DNA of 64,000 nucleotides from a virus. The translations under genes were made by a program, and so were the position numbers. Positions 38,621-49,800 of the stretch are shown one piece after another. The stretch is from IMG/VR virus record IMGVR_UViG_3300027763_000027, positions 107,917 through 171,916 of that record; one strand, given 5' to 3'. The notes under the pieces are model-generated. The model ran no database searches, was not told the DNA's origin, and saw only the letters and a list, made by a program, of their open reading frames with translations. The first letter of the stretch is position 1. The number at the start of each line of letters is the position of its first letter.

Positions 38621-40528
38621 ATGGCTAAAAAATCTCAAAATAAATCAAAAAGTAAGAAAAACGAGGAAATCCAACCATTAATGGTTTCTAACGCTTCGTA
38701 TCAAGAGGTCGTGGCTTCTTCACAAGATACGAGGTCGAGAAGAAATTTAGCAGCTAATATTACTAGGACAGATAGATACAAAAATATTGACGATGGGTTA
38801 ATACCTTTCAGATATTCAACTGGAGTTAAAGCTAACTCTAATATGAATGTAAGAGATGCTGTTATTTTATGTCAAAAGGCTTATTATAATTTTGCTATAT
38901 TTAGAAATACTGTTGATTTAATGACCGAGTTTTCTTGTAGTAATATTTATTTTAAAAATGGTAGTCAAAAAAGTAGGGATTTTTTTAGTGCGTTATTTTC
39001 TAAAATTAACATCTCAGAAATGCAAGATAAATTTTTTAGAGAGTATTATCGTAGCGGTAATGTTTTTATATATCGTTTTGATACAAAAGTGCAAGATGAA
39101 GATATTGTTAAAATTACCCAAACATTTGGTTTAAACTCAAAAGCTAGCGTTTTACTTCCTTCAAAATATATTATTTTAAATCCAGCCGATATTCAAATCG
39201 GAGGAAGTATTAATTTTTCCGTAGGAAGATATTATAAACTACTTAGTGATTATGAATTAGAAAGATTAAAAAGCCCAAAGACAGATGAAGATCGAGAAGT
39301 ATTAAATAGTTTACCACCAGAAACCCAAAAATTAATAAATCAAAAAACAGTTGGAGTATTAACTTTACCATTAGATAGAGAAAGATTAGCGGCAGTTTTT
39401 TATAAAAAACAAGATTACGAGCCATTTGCTGTTCCCATGGGTTTTCCAGTATTAGATGATATTAATTGGAAAGCAGAAATGAAAAAAATGGATATGGCAT
39501 TAACACGCACAATGCAACAAGCAATACTTTTAATTACAATGGGTGATACTCCAAGCAACGGAGGAATCAATCAAAAGAATCTAGAGGCGATGCAAAAACT
39601 TTTTGAAAATCAAAGTGTTGGTAGAGTTTTAATTGCGGATTATACAACAAAAGCACAATTTGTTATTCCTGATATTGGAAATCTTATTGGACCACAAAAA
39701 TACGAAGTTGTGGATAGGGATATTCAGATGGGTTTAAATAATATTCTTATTGGTAGCGAAAAATTTGCTAATCAAACGATTAAAGTACAAGTATTTATTC
39801 AAAGATTAAAACAAGCAAGAGAAACTTTTATTAATGAATTTCTAGTTCCAGAAATTCGCAGGATGAGTAAAGATCTTGGTTTTAAAAATTATCCAACTCC
39901 TCACTTTGAAGATATTGATATTAAAGATGATATTCAGTATTCTAGAATTTATACAAGGCTAGTAGAACTTGGGATATTAACTCCAGAAGAAGGAATTCAA
40001 GCCATAGATACTGGAGTACTTCCATCTGCTGAAGATTCAGCTTTATCTCAACAAAAATTTAGAGAATTAAAAGACCAAGGACTTTATCAACCTTTAATTG
40101 GTGGAAGCGCTCAAGCTGGTTCAGCAGGAAGACCAGCTGGAAGTACTGGAATTCCTCAACAAACTAAAAATATAAAGCCAATTGGAGAAGGTAAACAATC
40201 AAAAGCAACATTTTTTGATTTAGATAAAATTAAAAATAATTTTTTACTGGCTTCTAAATTACAAGAAAAAATAGAAGCAAGTCTTAAAGAAAAACATTCT
40301 TTACGTAAACTTTCCAAACAACAAAAAGAAGTAGCATTTGAAATTTCTAAAATTATTGTATCAAATGAAAATCCAGAAACTTGGCAAAATGTAATTGAAG
40401 AATACATTAAAAATCCAAAAGATAAAAATATAGAAAAAATTCATGAAATACAAAGCATAGCGGTAGATCATTCTGTAGATAGTTATATTGCTAGTATTCT
40501 TTATCATAGCAAAAATATAAAGGGATAA
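38621..40528 (+). CDS. Portal protein (putative)
   Basis: Directly after terL; size and helical content; FFREYYRSGNVF portal-like segment. Confidence 0.7.
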   Translation: MAKKSQNKSKSKKNEEIQPLMVSNASYQEVVASSQDTRSRRNLAANITRTDRYKNIDDGLIPFRYSTGVKANSNMNVRDAVILCQKAYYNFAIFRNTVDLMTEFSCSNIYFKNGSQKSRDFFSALFSKINISEMQDKFFREYYRSGNVFIYRFDTKVQDEDIVKITQTFGLNSKASVLLPSKYIILNPADIQIGGSINFSVGRYYKLLSDYELERLKSPKTDEDREVLNSLPPETQKLINQKTVGVLTLPLDRERLAAVFYKKQDYEPFAVPMGFPVLDDINWKAEMKKMDMALTRTMQQAILLITMGDTPSNGGINQKNLEAMQKLFENQSVGRVLIADYTTKAQFVIPDIGNLIGPQKYEVVDRDIQMGLNNILIGSEKFANQTIKVQVFIQRLKQARETFINEFLVPEIRRMSKDLGFKNYPTPHFEDIDIKDDIQYSRIYTRLVELGILTPEEGIQAIDTGVLPSAEDSALSQQKFRELKDQGLYQPLIGGSAQAGSAGRPAGSTGIPQQTKNIKPIGEGKQSKATFFDLDKIKNNFLLASKLQEKIEASLKEKHSLRKLSKQQKEVAFEISKIIVSNENPETWQNVIEEYIKNPKDKNIEKIHEIQSIAVDHSVDSYIASILYHSKNIKG

Positions 40529-40532
40529 CTTT

Positions 40533-41207
40533 ATGGCTCAAAATTTAATAAGATTAAAGCAATTAAATACAACTGAATTAAGTGGATTTTTTGCGTCAAC
40601 GATAACAAACACAGGTGCTTTTGTAGATTCATTGGGTTTATTACCGTATCAGTTTCCAAGTTCAACAGGAATAAGAAGACATGTGCCCTTAGATTTATTT
40701 AGCACAACCAGCGTAATACCAGTCTCTGGAACAATAAATTATTTTCCTTTCCTAATCAAGAAAAAAACTACTGATCCCGTAGCTTGCGTTGAGATGACTG
40801 TATATTCGACATTTAATCCAAAAGTAACTATAGGTATTTACGATGGACGCAATGGTTTTGAAAATGCAAATTTAATTGCTTCTGGATCTATAACTGGAAA
40901 TATTTCTAATACTGGAATTTATAGAACCACACTAAACGGAACTTTCAATCAAGGTCCATACATAATTGCTTCTATCTTAGAAAGCGGAGCAGGGTCTACT
41001 TTTAGAGGGCCTTCCTCTCATGGATTTAGAGAGCATTTTGGTATAAATACTGGATCTAGCACATTATTTGGAGGAACAGCTAACACGGTTCTTACTAATT
41101 CATTAGGCCAAACTGGAGCTTCTATTTTACCACAAAATATAGGATCTGGGGTTTGGTATGCAACAGCAGCTAACGTATTAAGTCCATTAGTATTTTTAGA
41201 ATATTAA
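40533..41207 (+). CDS. Putative virion protein
   Basis: Beta-rich G/T/S composition within the head module. Confidence 0.5.
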   Translation: MAQNLIRLKQLNTTELSGFFASTITNTGAFVDSLGLLPYQFPSSTGIRRHVPLDLFSTTSVIPVSGTINYFPFLIKKKTTDPVACVEMTVYSTFNPKVTIGIYDGRNGFENANLIASGSITGNISNTGIYRTTLNGTFNQGPYIIASILESGAGSTFRGPSSHGFREHFGINTGSSTLFGGTANTVLTNSLGQTGASILPQNIGSGVWYATAANVLSPLVFLEY

Positions 41208-41266
41208 TTATCAGATATTAAAATTAATTTAAAATCTCATTTCTATACGTGTATTATATATATAGA

Positions 41267-41764
41267 ATGAATTATAATTCTGAACAATATGGCTTTGAGC
41301 AAATCAAAGTCAGAAAAACGTATAAACCAAAAGTCCGTAAAAATAAAGGTTCAGAAAAATCATTAGTGTTTTCTAAAAAAATTATATCAGCCTTGGAGGA
41401 TAAAATCAATCTTCATAATAAAAACAATAATAAACAACTTAAATTAGTTGATTTAAAAAAAGCCTATAAAAGCGGATTCAATGGAAATAAAAATTTAAAC
41501 AAAGAAACTTTAGCTCATGTTAATATGACATTAAGAATTTCAAGGGGTGAAATTAGTGATATTATTAATAATTTTAAATCTAGCTCTTTTGAAATAATTG
41601 GCTCACAATTTATTGTTAAAGGCGATTTAATTCCTAATGAAAATGACTACAAACAAGCAGAAGAAGATATTAAAACTTATAATTTAGAAGACTTTGATTT
41701 TCAAAGTCATGAAGAATTATATCTCGAAGACGAGGAAGATCGTGTAACATATGGATTAATATAA
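41267..41764 (+). CDS. Hypothetical protein
   Basis: ATG after a GTGTATT variant motif. Confidence 0.5.
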   Translation: MNYNSEQYGFEQIKVRKTYKPKVRKNKGSEKSLVFSKKIISALEDKINLHNKNNNKQLKLVDLKKAYKSGFNGNKNLNKETLAHVNMTLRISRGEISDIINNFKSSSFEIIGSQFIVKGDLIPNENDYKQAEEDIKTYNLEDFDFQSHEELYLEDEEDRVTYGLI

Positions 41765-41766
41765 TT

Positions 41767-43311
41767 ATGAAGAATAAAACTAAATTTTCAACCATTTTTT
41801 CTAATTTAAAAATTAGACCAGTAGTAAGCGAAGAAAAAGATAAATATTTATCTATAGCTTCTTTAGATAAATTAAGGAAATTCTTACCAGATATTAATAC
41901 AGAAGATAATATCGATCTTCTTCCTATTGCATTTGACGCGTGCGTAGTAAATCGTGTTAATAAAAACGGCGATGTTATGGATGGAATAACCGCCGCTAAA
42001 GTTACTAAAAATTTCGTTAATAAACCAATTAATGTTGAGCATAATAGAAATCAAGTTATTGGATGCATACTTACTGCTAGTTTTAGTAAATTTGGATCTA
42101 ATGAGAGTTTAGATACAGAAGAAGTAAAAGATATAAAAGCTCCATTTAATATTACTTTAGGTGGAGTTATATGGAAAGTAGTAAATAAAGATTTAGCAGA
42201 ACAAATAGAAGAGAGCAATGATCCTACTAGTGAAAATTATATGAGTATAAGTGCTAGTTGGGAATTAGGATTTAATGATTATAATTTAATTGTATTAGAA
42301 AATGGCGAAAAGAATATTGAAAATGGACAAATTATATCTGACGCTAAACAAATTGAAAAATATCAAAATTCATTAAGAGGATTTGGTGGATCTGGAAAAA
42401 TTGATGAGAATAAAATGGTATATAGACAAGTTTTGGGTAAAGTTGTTCCCCTTGGAGTTGGATTAACTCTTAATCCAGCTGCAGACGTACAAGGAATAGC
42501 TATCCAATCAGAAGATAATAATATTATCGAAAAAGACGAAGAAGTAGAAGCTGGCATAATCACTCAAGAACCAGGCTCTACAGAAAATAATATTTCCCAA
42601 GAGGAAAATTTAAATGTAAAAAAAGAGAGGATATTTATGAAAATAACAAAAATCGAAGATATTACAGACGCTCTTCTTAAAGAGGTAACGGCTAGTTCTG
42701 TTACTGAATTTATTGCTGAAGAGATTAAAAAAGCTAATGATGCATTCGTAGCTGAAAAAAGCGAAAAAGAAAATGAGCTTAAAGCTGCTAATGAGAAAAT
42801 TGCTAATGTAACTGCAGAACACGAAGTAGTTAAAAAGCAAGTAGAGGAAGTGAGTCAAAAGCTAGCTTCTCTCGAAGCCGAAAAAGAAGCAAAAGCTAAA
42901 GAAGAAATATTCACAATGCGTATGGCTACCCTAGACGAAGAATATGATCTATCAGATGAAGATCGTCAAGTCCTAGCCGCAGACATTAAAGATTTAAGCG
43001 AAGAAGCTTTTTCTGCATATAAAAATAAAATGGCAATTCTTATGAAAGAAAAAAACAAGAAGTCTAAAGAAGAAAAAATGCAAAAAGAAAAAGAAATGAA
43101 AGCTTCACTACCAGTAGAAGAAGTTAAAGCTTCTGAAGAAGTAGTAGCACCACAAATTTCTACAACCCAGGAGGTTGTCGAACAAGCTGTTGATAATGGA
43201 TCAAAAGCTTCCACAGAAATTCCAAATTCAGTTCCAGCCAGTCAACCAAGCGTAAAAGAAAAATACGCTTCGGCTTTCGGTTTGGACGGATTTGAATTAA
43301 CAAAAAAATAA
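41767..43311 (+). CDS. Prohead protease-scaffold fusion (putative)
   Basis: NKNGD, PINVEH and SASWE protease-like motifs, then a long acidic coiled coil; upstream of capsid genes. Confidence 0.7.
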   Translation: MKNKTKFSTIFSNLKIRPVVSEEKDKYLSIASLDKLRKFLPDINTEDNIDLLPIAFDACVVNRVNKNGDVMDGITAAKVTKNFVNKPINVEHNRNQVIGCILTASFSKFGSNESLDTEEVKDIKAPFNITLGGVIWKVVNKDLAEQIEESNDPTSENYMSISASWELGFNDYNLIVLENGEKNIENGQIISDAKQIEKYQNSLRGFGGSGKIDENKMVYRQVLGKVVPLGVGLTLNPAADVQGIAIQSEDNNIIEKDEEVEAGIITQEPGSTENNISQEENLNVKKERIFMKITKIEDITDALLKEVTASSVTEFIAEEIKKANDAFVAEKSEKENELKAANEKIANVTAEHEVVKKQVEEVSQKLASLEAEKEAKAKEEIFTMRMATLDEEYDLSDEDRQVLAADIKDLSEEAFSAYKNKMAILMKEKNKKSKEEKMQKEKEMKASLPVEEVKASEEVVAPQISTTQEVVEQAVDNGSKASTEIPNSVPASQPSVKEKYASAFGLDGFELTKK

Positions 43312-43327
43312 ATAAGGAGAAAAAAAT

Positions 43328-43879
43328 ATGGCACACGATCTAAGACCATTCAGAGATTATGACGAACACGATGTCATTAATCTTTTCGCTTACAGCGGAG
43401 ACAGTACACAAGTTGTAAAAGGTCTCGTTGTTAAGCTAGAAGCAGGATTTAATCCTGGCACAGCAGTAAATAGCACTCCAAACACCGCCCTAGGCAGTGT
43501 TGGAGCCTCTTATGCTAATACCGTTTCTGAAAGATACGGTATCTCAAGCAGAGTATCTACTGCAACATCAGGCAGCAACGTTCTAGGATTAACTCTTATG
43601 GACGTTCGTGAATTTGATGAAAACGGTGAAAAACTAGTTTTCAATCCTCGTAAAGCAGCAGAAATCGGCGCAGTAGTAAGTGGACAAGCTGTACCAGTTC
43701 TTACAAAAGGACTTGTTATGTACAGTGGCACCAACGCTACCGCTGGTCACCTAGCTTACGTAGGTGCAACCGCTGGAGAATTAGCCTCTGCAGCAACTCT
43801 ACCTGGTTCCACAGTTAAAGTTGGCAGATGGTTGAGCACAGCCGTCAACAATGTTGCTCTACTCAAAATTGAGCTCTAA
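43328..43879 (+). CDS. Capsid decoration/cement protein (putative)
   Basis: Between scaffold and MCP; A/G/V-rich; AGGAG Shine-Dalgarno. Confidence 0.6.
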   Translation: MAHDLRPFRDYDEHDVINLFAYSGDSTQVVKGLVVKLEAGFNPGTAVNSTPNTALGSVGASYANTVSERYGISSRVSTATSGSNVLGLTLMDVREFDENGEKLVFNPRKAAEIGAVVSGQAVPVLTKGLVMYSGTNATAGHLAYVGATAGELASAATLPGSTVKVGRWLSTAVNNVALLKIEL

Positions 43880-43902
43880 TCTTATAAAGGAGAAAATTTA
43901 AA

Positions 43903-44964
43903 ATGAAATTAAGATTAAAAAATACCCCAGAACAAGTTGAACTTGTAAAAGCAATGGGCAGCAGAGAAGGTTCTGTAGCTAAAGAAGCTACCGAAGCTTT
44001 TGCAGCTTTCATTGGACCAGTAGTAAACAAAGTTCTAATGCAAGCAGCCACTGCTTCTGCAGTTTATACTGATCTTCCATATGATGAAGATGACTCTCCC
44101 TCTATCCCACTAGATCTATATGCTGGTGAGGGCGAAGGATATGTTACCACTTTCAGCCAAAGCGTCGCTGGTGGTCTTCCTACTTCAACAGTAGAAGGAT
44201 TCAGCGAAATGAAAGTTTCTACCTATCGTTTAGATAGCGCAGTAAGCTTTTTGAAACGCTATGCTCGTCGTGGCCGTCTTGATGTTGTTAGCAAAGCCGT
44301 AGAACGCATGAGCAATGAAGTTCTTGTAAAACAAGAGCGCAATGCTTGGGCAGTAGTTCTAAAAGCTCTTGCCGCTGCTACTGCAAACATTGAAGCAGTA
44401 ACTGGTCTAGGAGCAACTCCTGGAGCAGCCTTCCAACTTAGCCATCTAAATAAACTCGTAACAAGAGTTAAAAGAATTAATAGTTCTTATGCTGGCGGTT
44501 CTACAACCGATTCCTACGGATTAACCGATATCTTTGTCAGCCCAGAAGTCAAAGAAGCAATCCGTGGTTTTGCCTACCAACCAATGACAACTGGTAATAC
44601 CAATCTTGCTGATGGTGTCCGTGAAGAAATTTATCGCGGCGCTGGAACCCAAGAGATTTATGGTATCACAATCCATGAGTTAGTTGAACTTGGTTTAGGT
44701 AAAAAATACGGAGTTCTATTTGATGAATTCGCAGGCAGCACCTTTGATAGTTCAACTGATGACGTTGTTATCGGTTTAGATCTTACAAAAGATGCCTTCG
44801 TTCGTCCTGTAGCTCGTCAAGCAGAATCAGGTGGAACATTCACCGCTCTTCCAGATGACCAATTCCTATCTCGCTCAGAAAAGATTGGATTCTATGGCTT
44901 CCTAGAAGAGGGCCGTGTTTGTATCGATTCACGCGCTATTGCTGGTCTAACTCTCAAAGCCTAA
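43903..44964 (+). CDS. Major capsid protein (putative)
   Basis: 353 aa, strong SD, biased codon use, position after protease/decoration, followed by a terminator. Confidence 0.8.
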   Translation: MKLRLKNTPEQVELVKAMGSREGSVAKEATEAFAAFIGPVVNKVLMQAATASAVYTDLPYDEDDSPSIPLDLYAGEGEGYVTTFSQSVAGGLPTSTVEGFSEMKVSTYRLDSAVSFLKRYARRGRLDVVSKAVERMSNEVLVKQERNAWAVVLKALAAATANIEAVTGLGATPGAAFQLSHLNKLVTRVKRINSSYAGGSTTDSYGLTDIFVSPEVKEAIRGFAYQPMTTGNTNLADGVREEIYRGAGTQEIYGITIHELVELGLGKKYGVLFDEFAGSTFDSSTDDVVIGLDLTKDAFVRPVARQAESGGTFTALPDDQFLSRSEKIGFYGFLEEGRVCIDSRAIAGLTLKA

Positions 44965-44983
44965 AGCTTAGAGTAGTTCAATT

Positions 44984-45023
44984 GAAAAGCCCAAGGGTTC
45001 ATCCCCTTGGGTTTTTCTTTTTT
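44984..45023 (+). terminator. Intrinsic terminator after MCP
   Basis: GAAAAGCCCAAGGG-loop-CCCTTGGGTTTTTC plus T-tract. Confidence 0.85.
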
Positions 45024-45068
45024 TAGATATATTCATGTTTTTTCAATATAATAGATTAGGAGATAATC

Positions 45069-45407
45069 ATGCCTAAAAAATCAAAATTAGATACATTAAG
45101 TCAAGTTCATGGTAAAGTCGAAAAACCAATTACCCTAGACCAAGTATGGGGAGATACTGGTAGAAATAAATATGGGACACTTGATCCGAAGGAATACGAC
45201 CAAAAGTTAAACGAATATAATAAGAGCGATTTACAAGCTCATGCAGTTAAAGTTGGATTAGTGCCAATAGATAATAGAGAAACTTTAATTAAAAGACTAA
45301 AACAAGAATTCGCTAGACACATCTCTCAGTTTAAAGCTAGACCAGACGTTAATAATTTAAAAGGTAATTCAAAAAAAGCAAAAGATATTTTGTCAGAAGG
45401 TCGTTGA
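45069..45407 (+). CDS. Hypothetical protein
   Basis: GGAG SD; 112 aa. Confidence 0.6.
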   Translation: MPKKSKLDTLSQVHGKVEKPITLDQVWGDTGRNKYGTLDPKEYDQKLNEYNKSDLQAHAVKVGLVPIDNRETLIKRLKQEFARHISQFKARPDVNNLKGNSKKAKDILSEGR

Positions 45408-45455
45408 TTTTTTAAAAATATTTCTTAAATATTATGCTTACGTGTAATATTTTAG

Positions 45456-46841
45456 ATGGCTACGATTTATAATATCAATTATACAAAAGGCGACACTCTA
45501 AATATCCCTTTAATAGCTAAATATAACTCTGGCGATATTATTGATTTATCTTCATATTCCTTAAGAGGATCTGTTAAGTATAGATATTCTTCTACTAGTT
45601 CTATATTAGATTTTAATATTATCATAACAAATGCAGAGCAAGGATTTTTTACTTTATATGGAGCAGCACAAGATTCTTCAAATTTTCCAATAGTAGAAGC
45701 TTTATATGACATAGAACTTTTTAATGAAAATGATATTTTTGTAACTAAAATATATCAAGGTAAATTTAATATATTTCCAGAGGTAACATCTAGTACACTT
45801 ACTCCAATTGAAGGAGGAGGTAGTGGAAGCGGAACGCTTGCACCAACAGTTGCACCAACAGTAGCTCCAACAGTAGCTCCAACAGCACCGCCAACAACTG
45901 CTCCAACAGTAGCTCCAACAGCACCGCCAACAACTGCTCCAACAGTAGCTCCAACAGCACCGCCAACAACTGCTCCAACAGTAGCTCCAACAGCACCGCC
46001 AACAACTGCACCAACAGTTGGACCAACAACTGCTCCAACAACTGCTCCAACAGTTGGACCAACAACTGCTCCAACAACTGCTCCAACAGTTGGACCAACA
46101 ACTGCTCCAACAACTGCTCCAACAGTTGGACCAACAACTGCTCCAACAACTGCTCCAACAGTTGGACCAACAACTGCTCCAACAACTGCTCCAACAGTTG
46201 GACCAACAACTGCTCCAACAACTGCTCCAACAGTTGGACCAACAACTGCTCCAACAACTGCTCCAACAGTTGGACCAACAACTGCTCCAACAGTAGCTCC
46301 AACAGCACCGCCAACAACTGCACCAACAGTTGCACCAACAACTGCTCCAACAGTAGCTCCAACAGCACCGCCAACAACTGCTCCAACAGTAGCTCCAACA
46401 GCACCGCCAACAACTGCTCCAACAACTGCTCCAACAATTGCACCAACAACTGCTCCAACAGTATCTACTTATAAAATATTTTATGGTACAGTATCTGGTC
46501 CATCAACTAACGTACCACTTTTAAATGATTCTCAAATTAATTCTTTACAAAACTCTGTAATATCTCCTGATTTAATAGGAAATTATCAAGGAATTTATAA
46601 CTGCCCAGCATTAGCAAATGGTTATAAATACATCTGCTATCCAGAAATTTTACCAACAATTTCTACAAGTATAGATTACGACAGTACTTCTCCATCTCCA
46701 TTTGATGCAGTTGTATTTAATGATTTTAATGGCTTGAATTATTATATTGTAAGTGTAACCGTAAATAGTATTCTAGTCAATTATAGGGTATATAGAACCG
46801 CTAGTAGATCAAATAATTTGCTCAGAATACAAGTAACATAA
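45456..46841 (+). CDS. Virion protein: BppU-like N-domain + mucin-like Pro/Thr/Ala stalk + C-domain
   Basis: N-term KGDT..IDLSSY...YDIEL...QGKFxIxPEVT; about 200 aa of PT(T/V)A repeats. Confidence 0.65.
   Translation: MATIYNINYTKGDTLNIPLIAKYNSGDIIDLSSYSLRGSVKYRYSSTSSILDFNIIITNAEQGFFTLYGAAQDSSNFPIVEALYDIELFNENDIFVTKIYQGKFNIFPEVTSSTLTPIEGGGSGSGTLAPTVAPTVAPTVAPTAPPTTAPTVAPTAPPTTAPTVAPTAPPTTAPTVAPTAPPTTAPTVGPTTAPTTAPTVGPTTAPTTAPTVGPTTAPTTAPTVGPTTAPTTAPTVGPTTAPTTAPTVGPTTAPTTAPTVGPTTAPTTAPTVGPTTAPTVAPTAPPTTAPTVAPTTAPTVAPTAPPTTAPTVAPTAPPTTAPTTAPTIAPTTAPTVSTYKIFYGTVSGPSTNVPLLNDSQINSLQNSVISPDLIGNYQGIYNCPALANGYKYICYPEILPTISTSIDYDSTSPSPFDAVVFNDFNGLNYYIVSVTVNSILVNYRVYRTASRSNNLLRIQVT
45838..46460 (+). 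repeat. Coding tandem repeat, 12-bp subunits in 36-bp units
   Basis: CCAACA-N6 units encoding PTTA/PTVG/PTVA/PTAP. Confidence 0.95.
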
Positions 46842-46845
46842 TAAA

Positions 46846-49800
46846 ATGAGCAAAATACCTAATAGCATTAATGTAGGTCAGCAAATTGCTCCAAATTATA
46901 CAGATGATACATTTGCTTTATTTGATCCAATTTATGGAATCGGAGGATTAAGAGAAGTAGCAAGTTTAACAGAAAGAAACAACATATCTGCAGAAAGACT
47001 TAGAATTGGAATGTTAGTTTATGTTACTAGTGAAAATAAATTTTATCGTTTAGTTAGTTTTTCAGAAAATCAAAATCCACCTTATGATATTATAACTAAT
47101 TGGGAAAATGTAATATTTTTAAATAATAGTGAACAAACTATTAGTGGAACCAAGACTTTCGCTTCTCGTCCAAATGTAAATGGAACAGGGTTTGTTTTAA
47201 GTGGCGAGACTTTAACTTTACCAACTACAGTTGCTTATACAACTGGAGATCAAACTTTAAGTGGAACCAAGACTTTTGCTTCTCGTCCAAATGTAAATGG
47301 AACAGGATTTTTGTTAAGTGGCGAAGTTTTAACTTTACCAACTACAATTGTTTATACAACTGGAGCTCAAACTTTAAGTGGAACCAAGACTTTTGCTTCT
47401 CGTCCAAATGTAAATGGAACAGGGTTTGTTTTAAGTGGCGAGACTTTAACTTTACCAACTACAGTTGCTTATACAACTGGAGATCAAACTTTAAGTGGAA
47501 CCAAGACTTTTGCTTCTCGTCCAAATGTAAATGGAACAGGATTTTTGTTAAATGGAGAAGTTATTGGATTAATAAATGGAATTCAAACTTTTAGTGGAGC
47601 AAAAACGTTTAATGTTCGTCCAAATGTAAATGGAACAGGATTTTTGTTAAGTGGCGAAGTTTTAACTTTACCAACTACAATTGTTTATACAACTGGAGCT
47701 CAAACTTTAAGTGGAAATAAAACTTTTTCAAATCAAATAGTTTTTGGAAATGAAAATGGCAGAGGTGGTTTTATTTCTGGAAGTACGAACGGTGGAGATT
47801 CTAGTTTAGTCATAAACGCAGATGGTCCTGAAGCAAAATATATATATTTAAATGCTAGTCCAGCATCAATGAGACTTGGAGAAGATGGAATACATTTCAA
47901 TGCAGGTAATGAAGATTTAAGCATTAATGGGGCTGATTCAGTTTTAATATATGGAAATGGTGATGTATATGCTCCTAATATGTCAGCATATTTTAAAAAT
48001 GCAAATATTAATAATTTATTAAATATTACTGATACTGGAAATTACCAAGTTGGTTATATTTCTGGATATACTCAAGAAAATGGTGAGGTAACTCGTTTAT
48101 ATATTACAGCAAATGGCGGATTAGAAAAAAATTTAATTTTAAGCGCAGAAGGTCAATCATTAACAATTGGAAGAGATGGAGGTTTAAATTATGGAAATAA
48201 TACTTTCGTTATTAATGGTAATGGTGAAGATTTAACAATTCAAAACGCAGATGTATACGTACAGAGAAACGCTTATGCTAGTAATTTAGTTTACAATGTT
48301 GGTGATCAAATTATAAGCGGAAATAAAACATTTCTTGATAATATATTAATCAATAATCTTACAGTAACAGGAACAAGAACAATAGCAAATACTGAAGAAA
48401 ATAATATAGATAGTAATTATTTATTATTAAATATAACAGGCGGAATAACAAACGGAGGAATATATTTTGTAACTGGAGCAGGATTCTCTGGAGTAAATAG
48501 CTCTGGACCAATAATTGCTTATGATGCTAATATTAATAAATTCAGAATCGGAACAGGAATTAGATCAACAAATATTAATTCATTAAAAACAATAGCAGCC
48601 GTAGAAGATGTTGTAACTCTTGCTGGTAATCAAACTATTTCTGGAGTTAAAAGTTTCAGTGATCAAATAAAATTTTTAAGAGAAGGAGCAGCATACCCAT
48701 TTAATCCAACAATTTCTGGAGGAGCTAGTATTGATAACGAACCAACTTTAGATATTGATGCTTTTAAATTAAATTTACGCGCTGGTTATAACAAATCAGA
48801 ATATATTGAATTGGGTGGTGAAGAAGGTAGATTAAATATCAATACAGTAGCAGACACTAGTACTTTTAATCTTGGAACCGTACACAACGCTTCATCAAAT
48901 CTATCTTACAACATAAGTTCTCCATCTATTAATTTATATGGTCAAGTTAATGGTCAAACTGGAACTTTCCAAAAACTTTATGCAGACAATCTAGTATACA
49001 ATACTGGTAATCAAACTGTTAGTGGATTTAAAAATTTTCCAGATGGCATTACAAGTATTACTGAGGATGGATACCCTGCTTCGACAACTTTAGGCTATGG
49101 TGGAATAACTATATTTAATGGAGACGGTAATAATACTGTATTAGATAACGGTAGTTTAAGATGTCAAACTGAAGCTTTTACAATAAAAACTGAAGATTAT
49201 GATCCTTTATATTTAGGAACAAATAACCAAAACAGATTAACGATAACTCCAGATGGAAATATTGGTATAGGCACAGATGATCCATCTGAAAAATTAGAAG
49301 TAGTTGGGAATATAAAAGCAGACAATTTAGTTTACAATGTTGGTGATCAAATTATTAGCGGAAATAAAAACTTTACTAATGGTTTAAATATTAACAATAA
49401 CCCTTTATTCTATTCACAACCAAGTGGATTTTTTAGTGGAGTCGCAGTAACTGGAAGTGGTGATGGAGGATATTTTATTGGTAAAACTAAAATTTCACAA
49501 AATACTTTAATCTTAAAAGACGAAAGTTTTGGAAAAAATCATGTAACAAAACAATCAATAAGAAATTGGCAATCAGTTGCAATATCTGCAGATGGAAAAT
49601 ATCAAACAGCAGTTACAAATATTGCTGGTTCCATTTATATTTCCAATGATTACGGAGATACTTGGCAAGAAAAGGGACCAGTTCTAAGTTGGTTTAGGAT
49701 TGCAATGAGTAGCTGTGGTAAATACCAAACAGCATCTACTTATAATTCGCCTTTTGGAGATCTTTATATTTCTGATAATTATGGACATACATGGACACAA

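Noticed and set aside
45799-46458. Leu/Gln-rich ORFs on the antisense or alternative frames (also 59217-61154 and 63396-63968)
   Set aside because: Shadow translations of the Pro/Thr/Ala coding repeats
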